Positions 29,166-38,758 of a DNA stretch of 64,000 nucleotides are shown here, in pieces. The notes below the pieces were generated by a model. The model made no database searches and was not told where the DNA came from. It worked only from the letters and a program-made list of their open reading frames with translations. Position 1 is the stretch's first letter. Every line of letters begins with the position of its first letter. Source of the stretch: Bacteroidales bacterium (GTDB taxonomy: Bacteria > Bacteroidota > Bacteroidia > Bacteroidales > VadinHA17). Location: contig JBBRXA010000009.1 of assembly GCA_038248855.1 (NCBI GenBank), positions 5,327 through 69,326 on the forward strand, read 5' to 3'. Both the position numbers and the translations under genes were made by a program.

Positions 29166-29316
29166 TTATCTTTTGTCTTATTTCTCAAGATTAAGCAGCT
29201 CAACCTTCTGAATTCAACCGGATGGGATTCCGACTGCAGTTTATCTTTTATCTTATTTCTCAAGATTAAGCAGCTCAACCTTTCTGAATTCAACCGGATG
29301 GGATTCCGACTGCAGT
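29166..29316. repeat. Two tandem copies of a 75-76 bp unit spanning the stop codon of the DUF1080 gene
   Basis: Copies at 29166-29240 and 29241-29316 differ by one G/A substitution and one T indel. The second copy holds the last 20 codons, the TAA and 12 nt of flank of the 29253-30023 gene. Confidence 0.9.
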
Positions 29317-30023
29317 GCAATGTATCCATCTTTAAGCGGTGTACCCTGGGCGAAAGTAAATCCCGCAGGCAGTTCCCCACCTATCCGAGGCTTCGAATAT
29401 GTCAGCACTGTATCACCGTTGACGATATGATGGATGATGCTGTCGGCATATACTACCAGTTCCGCCCTTACCCATTCATCATCATAAAAGGACTTCGAGG
29501 TTGATGAGGTGCAATGTTCAGTAATCAGGGAATCGTCAATCATGATATGAGTATGCGGCGTGCAGACATTCATGGTTGTCGTTTCGTGCTCAGCGGTGCT
29601 GCCAAGAAACTGTACCTCAACAGAAACAGGCCAGTCCTGGTCAAGCTGAATAGTTGCAGGATCCTGGCAGTGGAACATTATTCCGCTGTTGCGGTAGCCC
29701 CATGAGGGACCGCCCGGGCACTGTTCACCGGTAAACCTGTATTCAACGCGCAGTTTGTATGAGGAGAAGGGCTCTTTGTAATATATATGTCCGAACTCAT
29801 ACCTGAAAGTGTCATATTCCGAGTATGAAACTTTCATTATGCCGTTCTCCGCACGGAAGGTGTTTTTATAGTTTTCACCCAGGGGTGATCCCTTGATCTT
29901 GATCACCCAGCCGTCAAGGTTCTCGCCGTTAAAGAGGGGGATCCAGCTTTCAGTTTTTACCGGGGCATTGTTGCATGATGCCATTAATGTGATGATAATA
30001 AGCGGAATAATCAGATTTTTCAT
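29253..30023 (-). CDS. DUF1080-domain protein (3-keto-disaccharide hydrolase-like)
   Basis: Lipoprotein signal LMASC. WIPLFNGENLDGW...GYIALQSESHPVEFRKVELLNL is typical of DUF1080. Confidence 0.85.
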   Translation of the reverse strand: MKNLIIPLIIITLMASCNNAPVKTESWIPLFNGENLDGWVIKIKGSPLGENYKNTFRAENGIMKVSYSEYDTFRYEFGHIYYKEPFSSYKLRVEYRFTGEQCPGGPSWGYRNSGIMFHCQDPATIQLDQDWPVSVEVQFLGSTAEHETTTMNVCTPHTHIMIDDSLITEHCTSSTSKSFYDDEWVRAELVVYADSIIHHIVNGDTVLTYSKPRIGGELPAGFTFAQGTPLKDGYIALQSESHPVEFRKVELLNLEK

Positions 30024-30159
30024 TGGTTTGATTTGATTTCAGGGGTGAATAACCGTTTGATCTATCATAATGTCATCCCTTCGGGATTTAAAATCCGATA
30101 TTAATTACTCCCACACTATCTGTCTCCTCATCTGCCGGCTGGCGGACCCACCGGGGTGC

Positions 30160-32064
30160 CTACTGCCTATTTCCTAAAGCCTTCTCAACAGTCCTCCTGA
30201 TCCCCTCCGCATCAAACCCGCACTCGCGGTAAAGCTCCTGCTGCGTGCCATGCTCCACGAAATAGTCGGGTATACCCATACGGTGTACTTCCGGAGTGTA
30301 ACCGTTATCAGCTGCAAACTCCAGGACCGCACTGCCAAAGCCTCCCTTGATCACGCCGTCTTCAACTGTGATGATCTTTTTGAAGGTTTTCATCACCCCG
30401 TGCAAAACCTCCTCATCCAGCGGATTTGCAAACCGCATGTCATAGTGCGTTACAGTGATGCCTGAGGCGGCCAGCTTTGCAACAGCATCAACCACAAAGT
30501 TGCCCGGATGACCAATACTCAACACGGCAATATCTTTTCCACTGCTGATAAGCCTTGCCTTGCCCACCGGAATCTCTGAAAAAGGCTGCTGCCAGTCGCA
30601 TATTACCCCGGTTCCCCGCGGATAACGAATGGTAAACGGTCCGGTGATCTTGTCAAGCTGTGCGGTGTACATCATGTTCCGGAGTTCAACCTCATCCATC
30701 GGGGCTGCGGTGATCATTCCCGGAATGTTCCTCATGAATGCCAGGTCGAAGAAACCGTGGTGAGTGGCCCCGTCGGTGCCCACCAGACCTCCGCGGTCAA
30801 GACAGAAAATAACTTTCAGTCCCTGTATTGCCACGTCATGTATAACCTGGTCATATGCCCTCTGCATGAACGACGAATAAATATTGCAGAAGGGGAGGAG
30901 ACCGTTTGCTGCCAGTCCTGCCGAGAAGGTCACGGCATGCTGTTCTGCTATGCCCACGTCGAAAGTCCGTTCTGGCATTTCCTTCATCATAATGTTCAGT
31001 GAGCATCCCGTAGGCATTGCCGGCGTTATCCCCACAATCTTTTCATTGGTACGCGCCAGCTCTAGAATCGTGTTCCCGAATACTTCCTGGTACAGGGGAT
31101 GTTTAGCACAGTTTTCAGGCTTGATTATCTCGCCGGTGCATTTATCAAATTTTCCGGGGGCATGAAAGACAGTCTGATTCTCCTCAGCCTTCGGAAACCC
31201 CTTTCCTTTAACGGTAATACAGTGCAGAAGCTTGGGTCCGGGTATAGTTTTCAGGTCTTCAAGCACCCTGGTGAGGTGCAGCACGTCATGCCCGTCAATA
31301 GGACCGAAATACCTGAATTTGAGAGCCTCGAAGAGATTACTCTGCCCGAGTACCGTCCCCTTCAGACTGCCCTGTATCTGAGATGCAAGCGACTGTGCCC
31401 TGAACCCCATCTTTTCCGATCTCCCGAGCAGCCGCCACAGTTTGTCCCTGAACTTGTTGTAGGTTCTGCTTGTGGTGATGTCGAGCAGATACTCCTTCAG
31501 TGCGCCAACGCTTTCATCAATGGAAATGTTATTGTCATTAAGGATCACCAGGAGATCGGCTTTTTCCTGTCCCGCATTGTTTAGTCCTTCGAAAGCCAGT
31601 CCTGCCGTCATGGCGCCGTCGCCTATCACGGCAACCACTTTTCTGGATTCGCCCTTGGTCATTGCTGCAACCGCCATACCTAGGGCGGCAGAGATGGACG
31701 TGGATGAATGGCCCACACCGAAGGCGTCATACTCGCTCTCGGCCATCCGGGGGAATCCGCTGATACCCTTGTATTTTCGGTTAGTGGGAAACTGTTCCTT
31801 GCGCCCTGTAAGTATTTTGTGCCCGTATGCCTGGTGCCCCACATCCCATACCAGTTTGTCATAAGGTGTGTTATAAACGTAATGCAGTGCCACGGTGAGT
31901 TCAATCACGCCCAGGCTGGCGCCAAAGTGACCAGGATTGGTGCTTACCTCGTCAATGATATGCTGCCGGAGCTCCTCGCTCAGCCTGACGAGATCCATCC
32001 TGTCAAGCTTCCTGAGATCAGCAGGGGTGTTGATTTTATCCAATAAACGCGGTGCGTCTGACAT
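30160..32064 (-). CDS. dxs: 1-deoxy-D-xylulose-5-phosphate synthase
   Basis: 634 aa. Motifs [19 protein letters not shown], the TPP motif GDGAMTAG and [15 protein letters not shown]. Confidence 0.96.
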   Translation of the reverse strand: MSDAPRLLDKINTPADLRKLDRMDLVRLSEELRQHIIDEVSTNPGHFGASLGVIELTVALHYVYNTPYDKLVWDVGHQAYGHKILTGRKEQFPTNRKYKGISGFPRMAESEYDAFGVGHSSTSISAALGMAVAAMTKGESRKVVAVIGDGAMTAGLAFEGLNNAGQEKADLLVILNDNNISIDESVGALKEYLLDITTSRTYNKFRDKLWRLLGRSEKMGFRAQSLASQIQGSLKGTVLGQSNLFEALKFRYFGPIDGHDVLHLTRVLEDLKTIPGPKLLHCITVKGKGFPKAEENQTVFHAPGKFDKCTGEIIKPENCAKHPLYQEVFGNTILELARTNEKIVGITPAMPTGCSLNIMMKEMPERTFDVGIAEQHAVTFSAGLAANGLLPFCNIYSSFMQRAYDQVIHDVAIQGLKVIFCLDRGGLVGTDGATHHGFFDLAFMRNIPGMITAAPMDEVELRNMMYTAQLDKITGPFTIRYPRGTGVICDWQQPFSEIPVGKARLISSGKDIAVLSIGHPGNFVVDAVAKLAASGITVTHYDMRFANPLDEEVLHGVMKTFKKIITVEDGVIKGGFGSAVLEFAADNGYTPEVHRMGIPDYFVEHGTQQELYRECGFDAEGIRRTVEKALGNRQ

Positions 32065-32244
32065 TGCCTGTAAGTCAATTTTGACCGCCTAAAGATACTG
32101 TTATTTTGTATTTGGGTTTCAGTTCTCTTTGTGCTGTTGTGGTGGTAAATTCTCTTGGATTGTTAATTACTCATCTGACAATTAACAACATATTTTACCA
32201 TTTATTGTTTAATTCGCAAAACAGGAAAAGAAAAAATCAGTATC

Positions 32245-33258
32245 ATGGTCACCCGCAAATCAGTTATACCGATAATTATGATAGCACTTCTTGCAGGCTC
32301 ATGCGTGACAGGAAGGAAGTACAACGACCTCAGTGACAGAACCAATATGCTTCTTACCGAGCGCGATTCGCTGAAGGCGGAGAATATATGGCTGTCAATG
32401 ACGAACAGGGAACTGACCACAAAATCGAAGCAGCTCACCGAAGAGACTGACCGCATCACCTCTGACCTGGCAAAGGCGCAGGCAGATCTTTCACAGGCAA
32501 CAGATGAGCTAAACCGGCTCACAACCCGCTACGCCGACCTTCAGAAGGCACAGGAGGAGCTTGTAAGCGGAAGGGCCCAGGAGACGCAGCGACTGCTGGC
32601 AGAGCTGAGGAAAGCGCAGGCTGATCTTCAGCAGAAGGAAGGGATAATGCGTGACCTCGAAATGAACCTTGACACCAAGAAGGCAACACTCGATGAACTT
32701 ACCTATGAACTTGAAAAGCGGAATGCCCGCCTGACTGAGCTTGAAAAAATGCTTGACGCACAGCAGAAAGCCGTGAGGGAACTGAAGGCGAAAGTGTCTG
32801 AGGCTCTTTTCGGATTTGAGGATAACGGACTTTCAGTGTCAATAAAGAACGGGATGGTATATGTGTCGATGGACGAGAAGCTGCTGTTCAAGACCGGCAG
32901 TTACGAAATAGATGCCAACGGGCGCTCTGCCCTGCGCAAGCTGGGAACGCTGCTCGAGAAAAATCCAGACATTACAATAACTGTAGAAGGGCATACCGAT
33001 GATGTACCTTACAGATCGGCTTCAGGGGTGCTCCTTGACAACTGGGATCTCAGTGTCAAGAGGGCCACAACGGTAGTGAGGGTACTGACGCAGGATACTA
33101 AGATTAATCCGAAGCGACTGGTAGCGTCGGGCCGGGGTGAATATATCCCCGTTGACGCTACGAAAACGGTTGATGCAAGGCAGAGGAACAGGAGGACAGA
33201 GATAATCCTCACGCCGGATCTGTCAGAGCTTTACAAGATACTTGAGAGCTACAAATAG
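32245..33258 (+). CDS. OmpA-family lipoprotein with long coiled-coil N-terminal region
   Basis: Lipobox LLAGSC, about 180 aa of heptad-like sequence, and the OmpA_C motif GHTDDVPY...NWDLSVKRA...RNRRTEI. Confidence 0.88.
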   Translation: MVTRKSVIPIIMIALLAGSCVTGRKYNDLSDRTNMLLTERDSLKAENIWLSMTNRELTTKSKQLTEETDRITSDLAKAQADLSQATDELNRLTTRYADLQKAQEELVSGRAQETQRLLAELRKAQADLQQKEGIMRDLEMNLDTKKATLDELTYELEKRNARLTELEKMLDAQQKAVRELKAKVSEALFGFEDNGLSVSIKNGMVYVSMDEKLLFKTGSYEIDANGRSALRKLGTLLEKNPDITITVEGHTDDVPYRSASGVLLDNWDLSVKRATTVVRVLTQDTKINPKRLVASGRGEYIPVDATKTVDARQRNRRTEIILTPDLSELYKILESYK

Positions 33259-33260
33259 AA

Positions 33261-34802
33261 TCAGTTGCCGTACTCTCCCAACCGTAAATTTATCCGGGAG
33301 AGGGCCTCGATAAGATCATCTTCAGGTTTAAGGAAGTCAAAGTTCTTCCAGAACTCACTGTCATAACCCATTATGCTTCGCGAGAAAACCGAATAGGCCG
33401 GAGCCAGTTCATCACGATCAAATCTTTCAACAGCACCTGTCTGATGATTTGTGACTGCCAGCTCGAAGAAAACCGTGAACCGGCTGTTGAAGATCCTGTT
33501 TTTGCCCCTTGCGATAAAGCCGAGATCTCCCCTTACGTGCGAGAGAAAATATCTTCCATCAATATTGCGGTAACGTGTACGGTATCTCACATATTCAGGT
33601 TTCATCGAGAACTGCCGGGGAAGCCTTGACACAAATGTTTCACCGGTATTACCGATGTAGAGCGGGTTGATCTCGAATTCTGCCAGCGCAACCGCGTTGT
33701 CTTCAACGTTGATATAAATCTCTCCCTTGAGGAGAGGTTCTTCAACCCATTCCTTCTGTTCAAAGGCGATAACATAAGCGTTCTCGCCGTCAAGGGTCAC
33801 AATATCGGTCAGATGATAATAGTACGAGTTCAGCGATTCAGTATCGATAAAATCGAAGATCTGCCGCATCCCGTCGAGAGCCATTGTAGAGCTCAGTCCT
33901 GCCTTGAGTCTGACAGAGAGGGTATCCTTCATATCGATGTTTTCGATCTTCCGGCTGCGGATGACCTTAATCTGGTCACTCAGCAAAGACCGTGCATAGG
34001 GGCTCTTCCATATCTGTATTACGGCTTCGGAATAGACCTGCGGTTCCTTTTTGCGGTAGACACCCTCGCGGTAAAAGGCTGTAAGCAAGGCAGGTGTAGT
34101 ACCGTAGTTGGAGGCAATTGATGATACTGCTTTTCTGATTATGTACTGCGGGTCCTGTGCCCTGATGATTATTTCCGGTATGGGGATGAAATCCCTCTCC
34201 ATTGTAAAGACCATGGAGTTGCCGGGAAGACTCCTTACCGGAATGAACCGGTTGATATAGCCCACATAGGATATCGACATGGTATCATTCATCCACTCCT
34301 CCGTCACCTTCATTATGAAGTCGCCGTTACTGTTGGTGACGGTTCCTTTGCCCCTGTGGCTTATTCCGATGGTTGCATACTGAAGGGGTTCTCCGGTTTC
34401 AATGTCTGTAACCCTGCCGGTCAGCATCAACGGAGGCATTTCCTGCGTCCCTGCCTGAGACTGTATTACTGCCGGGCTTTCCCTGTACAGAATAATATGC
34501 TTGCCGATGACGGAATACTTAACGGTGCTGTCACCCGCTACGGAGTCCAGAAGCTGATGAAGGGGAATCTCTTTGGACGGAATTGAAATGTTACGGTCAG
34601 GATTCAGGATCTGTGTGTCGTAGGTAAAGACATAACCCGTGAGTCTGCTCACTTCGTTAAGAGCCCTGACAGCCCTGTAACTGTTATCCGGCAGCCTGAG
34701 CTTCCTCTCCAGAATATTTTCCTGCGGGAAAAGTGTCAGGGTCATCAACAGAAAACCGGCAACCAGGACTCCTCTCCTTGTTTCAGAACCTGTCAGCCAC
34801 AT
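33261..34802 (-). CDS. STN-domain plus CarboxypepD_reg-domain protein with an uncharacterised ~330-aa C-terminal domain (no TonB-dependent barrel)
   Basis: 513 aa. STN-like ALNEVSRLTGYVFTYDTQILNPDRNISI..LHQLLDSV...VIGKHIILY, then CarboxypepD_reg LTGRVTDIETGEPLQYATIGI...VTNSNGDF. The C-terminal domain is collinear with the 36350-37648 product. Confidence 0.6.
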   Translation of the reverse strand: MWLTGSETRRGVLVAGFLLMTLTLFPQENILERKLRLPDNSYRAVRALNEVSRLTGYVFTYDTQILNPDRNISIPSKEIPLHQLLDSVAGDSTVKYSVIGKHIILYRESPAVIQSQAGTQEMPPLMLTGRVTDIETGEPLQYATIGISHRGKGTVTNSNGDFIMKVTEEWMNDTMSISYVGYINRFIPVRSLPGNSMVFTMERDFIPIPEIIIRAQDPQYIIRKAVSSIASNYGTTPALLTAFYREGVYRKKEPQVYSEAVIQIWKSPYARSLLSDQIKVIRSRKIENIDMKDTLSVRLKAGLSSTMALDGMRQIFDFIDTESLNSYYYHLTDIVTLDGENAYVIAFEQKEWVEEPLLKGEIYINVEDNAVALAEFEINPLYIGNTGETFVSRLPRQFSMKPEYVRYRTRYRNIDGRYFLSHVRGDLGFIARGKNRIFNSRFTVFFELAVTNHQTGAVERFDRDELAPAYSVFSRSIMGYDSEFWKNFDFLKPEDDLIEALSRINLRLGEYGN

Positions 34803-34816
34803 CCGCTCGTTTTGTT

Positions 34817-35800
34817 CTACCTGCGGGAAAGTGTATAAGTCTCGCCTTCCTTCACAGAATGAAGGTTAAAGGTAGTGCAAATTACCTGAACAATTGTATC
34901 GTGAGGCTGATTCTCGAAAAGTGATGTAAGTCTGAAATCATTGATCGAAGGTTCTGAAGCTATTATATTGATGTTAAAGGACTTTTTCAGATCACTGAAG
35001 ACCACCTCAAGTCTTTCTCCGTCGAAGTTCAGGGTGCCGGTGGTCCAGGAGAGATAATTCTCATTTGTGTTAAGTCCGCTGTCACTTTTGCTGCCTGAAA
35101 GTTTACCTATGTAGCCCGGTTCGAGTGTCAGGCTGCGTGAACCGTCATTGCTTGAAAGCATGACGGTTCCGGTTGATACGTAAACTTCAACCTCATCATT
35201 TCCGTTGTCAGTGATAACATTGAACGAGGTGCCGAGAACTCTCACTCTCGCGTTTCCTGCATCTATTGTAAAAGGTTTTGCCGGGTTGGGAGCAATATCG
35301 AAGAATGCTTCCCCCTCCAGTCTGACTTTGCGATTGTTCCTGCCAAATGACTCAGGATAAGTCAGATAGCTGTCTCGGTTAAGAAAAACCCTGCTTCCGT
35401 CAGGAAGCTTCACCTCTATATTTCTCTGGTCTGCGGCAGAAGCGACTGTCACTTTTTCCGGTGTCACATACTCGAACAGAAGCCATCCGAGACCGAAAAC
35501 CACAATCACCATAGCGGCGATCTTCAACAGCGAAGGCATGAATGAGATCCTGCGGATCTTTTCCACGTTCCCCGCAGACTCTATCCGCCTGTTAACCCTG
35601 TCCCACGCTTTGTCAACATCAATATTTTCTTTTGGCTCTGCCATTTTTATATCATTCCATTTTTTCATTAAACCTTCTTCTTCGTCCAGTAACAGACGGG
35701 CAGACTTCTCATTACCGGTCTCTTCCCCTGAGAGCCAGGCTGCCGCTTCATCCCATTCCTGACCGGTCATTCTTCCTGTTTTATTATTCTTTTTCATCAT
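34817..35800 (-). CDS. FecR-family anti-sigma factor / transmembrane sensor
   Basis: 327 aa with a single TM (IAAMVIVVFGLGWLLF). FecR domain GEAFFDI...VRVLGTSFNV and a C-terminal DUF4974-like LNFDGERLEVVFSDLKKSFNINI. 4-nt ATGA overlap with the sigma gene. Confidence 0.88.
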   Translation of the reverse strand: MMKKNNKTGRMTGQEWDEAAAWLSGEETGNEKSARLLLDEEEGLMKKWNDIKMAEPKENIDVDKAWDRVNRRIESAGNVEKIRRISFMPSLLKIAAMVIVVFGLGWLLFEYVTPEKVTVASAADQRNIEVKLPDGSRVFLNRDSYLTYPESFGRNNRKVRLEGEAFFDIAPNPAKPFTIDAGNARVRVLGTSFNVITDNGNDEVEVYVSTGTVMLSSNDGSRSLTLEPGYIGKLSGSKSDSGLNTNENYLSWTTGTLNFDGERLEVVFSDLKKSFNINIIASEPSINDFRLTSLFENQPHDTIVQVICTTFNLHSVKEGETYTLSRR

Positions 35801-36330
35801 TCTGCCAGTGCTTTTCTGAATTCCTTAAGGGCTCTGCCCATATTTGCCTCCACAGTTTTCATTGATACTGAAAGTTTCAGGGCTATTTCATTGTATTTCA
35901 TTCCTTCAAACCTGCTCATTCTGAATATCTCGCTGCATCTCTGCGGCAGGCGTTCGAGCACCTTCGTCACCCTGGCCTGCAGCTCGCTGAAGTAGATTGC
36001 CTCGGTTACGGGTTCTGCCGTCAGGTCAGCTGTCGCGGCAATCTCGCCTGCATGACGTTCAGCCACCTTCTGATGCTCTATAAAGTGGAGGCACCTGTTG
36101 TGAACCGACCTGAAGAGATATCCTTTCAGAGAACTTTCAATTTGTAATTTTTCCTTGTCCTGCCACAGTCTGAAGAAGAGTTCCTGAACAACCTCTTCAG
36201 ACGAGTCGGTATCTTTCAGAATTGTCTGCGCGTAACGGACCAGTGAAGCATAGGAGGAGCGGAACAGGGTTTCAAATTCCCTTTTGTCACCCTCCCGGAT
36301 CCTCCTTATTATTTCGCTTTCACTGTTCAT
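35797..36330 (-). CDS. ECF-type RNA polymerase sigma-70 factor
   Basis: 177 aa. Region 2 (VQELFFRLW) and region 4 (YNEIALKLSVSMKTVEANMGRAL). Confidence 0.9.
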   Translation of the reverse strand: MNSESEIIRRIREGDKREFETLFRSSYASLVRYAQTILKDTDSSEEVVQELFFRLWQDKEKLQIESSLKGYLFRSVHNRCLHFIEHQKVAERHAGEIAATADLTAEPVTEAIYFSELQARVTKVLERLPQRCSEIFRMSRFEGMKYNEIALKLSVSMKTVEANMGRALKEFRKALAE

Positions 36331-36349
36331 TCAACACACTGGTTCTGCA

Positions 36350-37648
36350 TTATTCTGTCCTGTCGCTGAACCTGAGTTTTCTGCTGAGTCTTTTAATGGC
36401 TGCCTCGATGCTCTGGTCAGGCTCAATCACGTTGTAGTCTCCCCAGAAATCCAGATCGGCGAATGCTGCAACTTCCTCGGTGAAGAAGTCTGTAGGCTTC
36501 ATCCTCTCCTTTGCGGTGAACTTCAGAACATCCTCTTCGGTGCGGTCTGTAATGGCCAGTTCTGACATTGTCGTATAGTTGGTGTTAAAGAGTTTCTTCT
36601 TCCAGTCAACTTTGAATTTGACCTCTGCCCTCGAGTAGTTGAAGTACCACTTGTCTTTTATTTCGCGGTAGCGTACAAGGTATGAGGTGACCTCGGGAGT
36701 GACATGCATTCCAACGGGTTTTTTCCTGATGAACATTGATGCTGCCAGTTCCTTGTCTGTGAGGTTCATTGAAAATTCCGCCTGTGCAACAGCATAAGTT
36801 TCGATGTCAATGTAGAGTTTACCGAGGTACAGGGGAGTGGTCACGGTGGATTTCTGAGCGAAATTGATCACGTAATTGGTCCTGTCATCTATTACTACGA
36901 TGTTTGACAGTTGCATGTCATACTGATCCAGGTTCTCTTTCGAAAGAAGGGTCTCGGGGTTTTTCACGATGTCGAGGAAGAGCGATGTCGAAGGACCTCC
37001 CTGCAGTTTGAAGAGCACGGTGTCCATTTTCTCAACGTCATTGTTCTTTCTTCCCTTGTAGATGCGCACTGCATCAAACCTCAGGTCATTCTGGTAAGGA
37101 GCCTTAAATATTTCCACAACGGCCTCGCCGATAGAGACATAGTTACGGTTTTTCTTGATGGTCTCACGGTAGAACCCTGTCATTTCATTGGGGATGTCCG
37201 GGTAGTTTACGCTGAAGCGTTTAATAACCTCATAGAGAACCTCTTCGGCAGAAAGCGGCTTGATAATGATTTCCTTTATCGGTATCAGCGCCGTCTCGAG
37301 AGCGATTACATTTCGCTGCCCGTTTGTCTTCATTTCTGAAACCGGCATCACCTTATTCTTGTACCCGATGAATGAAAACTCGATAACTGCATTTTCACCT
37401 TCGGCTATTTTGAGAATGAACTCACCGTCAAGGTTTGTCACCGTTGATACGTTGGTGCCCTGTACTGCTACACCGGCAAATACCAGCGGCAGACTGGTTT
37501 CGACATCTACTACCTTGCCCCTGACTGTTGTAACCTGCTGAGGGTCTTTCTTCGGTTTAGCCGGAGCTGCAAGTGCAAGTGCATCTCCTGCTGCAAACAG
37601 AATCAGGAGAATTGCTGTAATTCCTGTAATTAATACTCTCTTTTTCAT
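36350..37648 (-). CDS. CarboxypepD_reg-domain protein, paralog of 33261-34802 lacking the STN domain
   Basis: 432 aa with a signal peptide. VRGKVVDVETSLPLVFAGVAV...VTNLDGEF. Shared blocks FYRE, EAV(V/I)(E/Q)I(F/W)K(A/S)PY and a collinear C-terminal domain. Confidence 0.6.
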   Translation of the reverse strand: MKKRVLITGITAILLILFAAGDALALAAPAKPKKDPQQVTTVRGKVVDVETSLPLVFAGVAVQGTNVSTVTNLDGEFILKIAEGENAVIEFSFIGYKNKVMPVSEMKTNGQRNVIALETALIPIKEIIIKPLSAEEVLYEVIKRFSVNYPDIPNEMTGFYRETIKKNRNYVSIGEAVVEIFKAPYQNDLRFDAVRIYKGRKNNDVEKMDTVLFKLQGGPSTSLFLDIVKNPETLLSKENLDQYDMQLSNIVVIDDRTNYVINFAQKSTVTTPLYLGKLYIDIETYAVAQAEFSMNLTDKELAASMFIRKKPVGMHVTPEVTSYLVRYREIKDKWYFNYSRAEVKFKVDWKKKLFNTNYTTMSELAITDRTEEDVLKFTAKERMKPTDFFTEEVAAFADLDFWGDYNVIEPDQSIEAAIKRLSRKLRFSDRTE

Positions 37649-37732
37649 GGCGTGATAATTTATTTGTTCCTGAATTTTTAAATCGTTGTTACATCTTATA
37701 GACCGGATGATGCCACTCTTCCCTATACAGGA

Positions 37733-38758
37733 ATGAAAAAAAATTGTTCATTTGCCTTAATTATGACTGCGCCATATAAAAACGCAATTTATTCAATTTT
37801 AACTTACGGTCTGGCACGGACTGCCGGTATGTATGCCCGGCCGCCTCTGCCCCCTGCGGTAAGCATTGAGCTGTCAACCTGTTGTAATCTTTCCTGTCCC
37901 GAATGTGTGACCGGGTCTGGTACCCTGACAAGAAGGAAAGGGTTTATGGATCCGGCGCTGGCGGCTAAACTTGCATCGGATATTTCAGGCAGTGCCCTTT
38001 CAGCCTGGCTATACTGGCAGGGTGAGCCGATGATGCATCCGCAGTTCTTTGATATTGTCAGCCTGTTCCGGGGAATGAATCCTGTTATTTCAACTAACGG
38101 GCACTTTCTGGACAGCGCCAACTGCCACAGGCTGGCAATTTCAGGACTGAAAAGGATAATAATTTCCTATGACGGGGTGACACCGGAAACATACAGTATA
38201 TACCGGCGCGGAGGCGATCACGCCGAGGTAAAGCAGGGAATAGTGAGGCTTTCAGAAACCTTAAAGAAATACTCTTCGCCTCCTGCAGTGGAGTTACAGT
38301 TCCTTATGGGCAGGCATAACGAACATGAGGTTGCCGGGGCTGCCAGGTTTGCCCGGTCGGTGAATGCCGGGTTCAGTGTCAAAAGTATGCAGGTTCTGGA
38401 TCCGGAGAGAGTTGAAAACTGGATTCCTGTCAGGAGCAACAGGGCGAGGTATACAGTACAGGCTGGTAGAGTAAAAGGTATCAGAGTTCCGGAAAAGGGA
38501 TGTCTGAGAATGTGGACCACTGCAGTGGTATCCGTTGACGGAGATGTTGTTCCCTGCTGTTTTGACAAAAACGCTTCGCATGTAATGGGAAATATTAAAG
38601 ACCGGACATTCAGTGAGATATGGCATGGCGACAACTACAGGGCATTCAGAAAACAGGTGCTGTCACGGCGCTCATTGGTTGACATTTGCCGTGACTGTCC
38701 TCAGGGCACCAGGCTGAGATTTAGGATTTTAGCCGTAAATAACACTGCTGACCAATGA
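37733..38758 (+). CDS. Radical SAM / SPASM-domain protein
   Basis: CX3CX2C cluster CNLSCPEC at aa 51-58. C-terminal Cys-rich SPASM-like VDGDVVPCCFDK...CRDCPQG. The start is uncertain; internal Met codons exist. Confidence 0.75.
   Translation: MKKNCSFALIMTAPYKNAIYSILTYGLARTAGMYARPPLPPAVSIELSTCCNLSCPECVTGSGTLTRRKGFMDPALAAKLASDISGSALSAWLYWQGEPMMHPQFFDIVSLFRGMNPVISTNGHFLDSANCHRLAISGLKRIIISYDGVTPETYSIYRRGGDHAEVKQGIVRLSETLKKYSSPPAVELQFLMGRHNEHEVAGAARFARSVNAGFSVKSMQVLDPERVENWIPVRSNRARYTVQAGRVKGIRVPEKGCLRMWTTAVVSVDGDVVPCCFDKNASHVMGNIKDRTFSEIWHGDNYRAFRKQVLSRRSLVDICRDCPQGTRLRFRILAVNNTADQ

Noticed and set aside
29002-29504. ORFs 29002-29211(+), 29084-29380(-) and 29142-29504(+)
   Set aside because: They run through the tRNA-Leu gene and/or the tandem repeat. 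Their internal repeats (e.g. SCLILRNK.KDK twice) simply reflect the DNA duplication, and 29142-29504 is antisense to the DUF1080 gene.
37707-37736. 9-codon uORF (MMPLFPIQE) overlapping the radical SAM start, considered as a RiPP precursor
   Set aside because: It is too short, it has no Cys/Ser/Thr-rich core, and its existence depends on an uncertain rSAM start codon. It is mentioned in the finding but not called as a gene.
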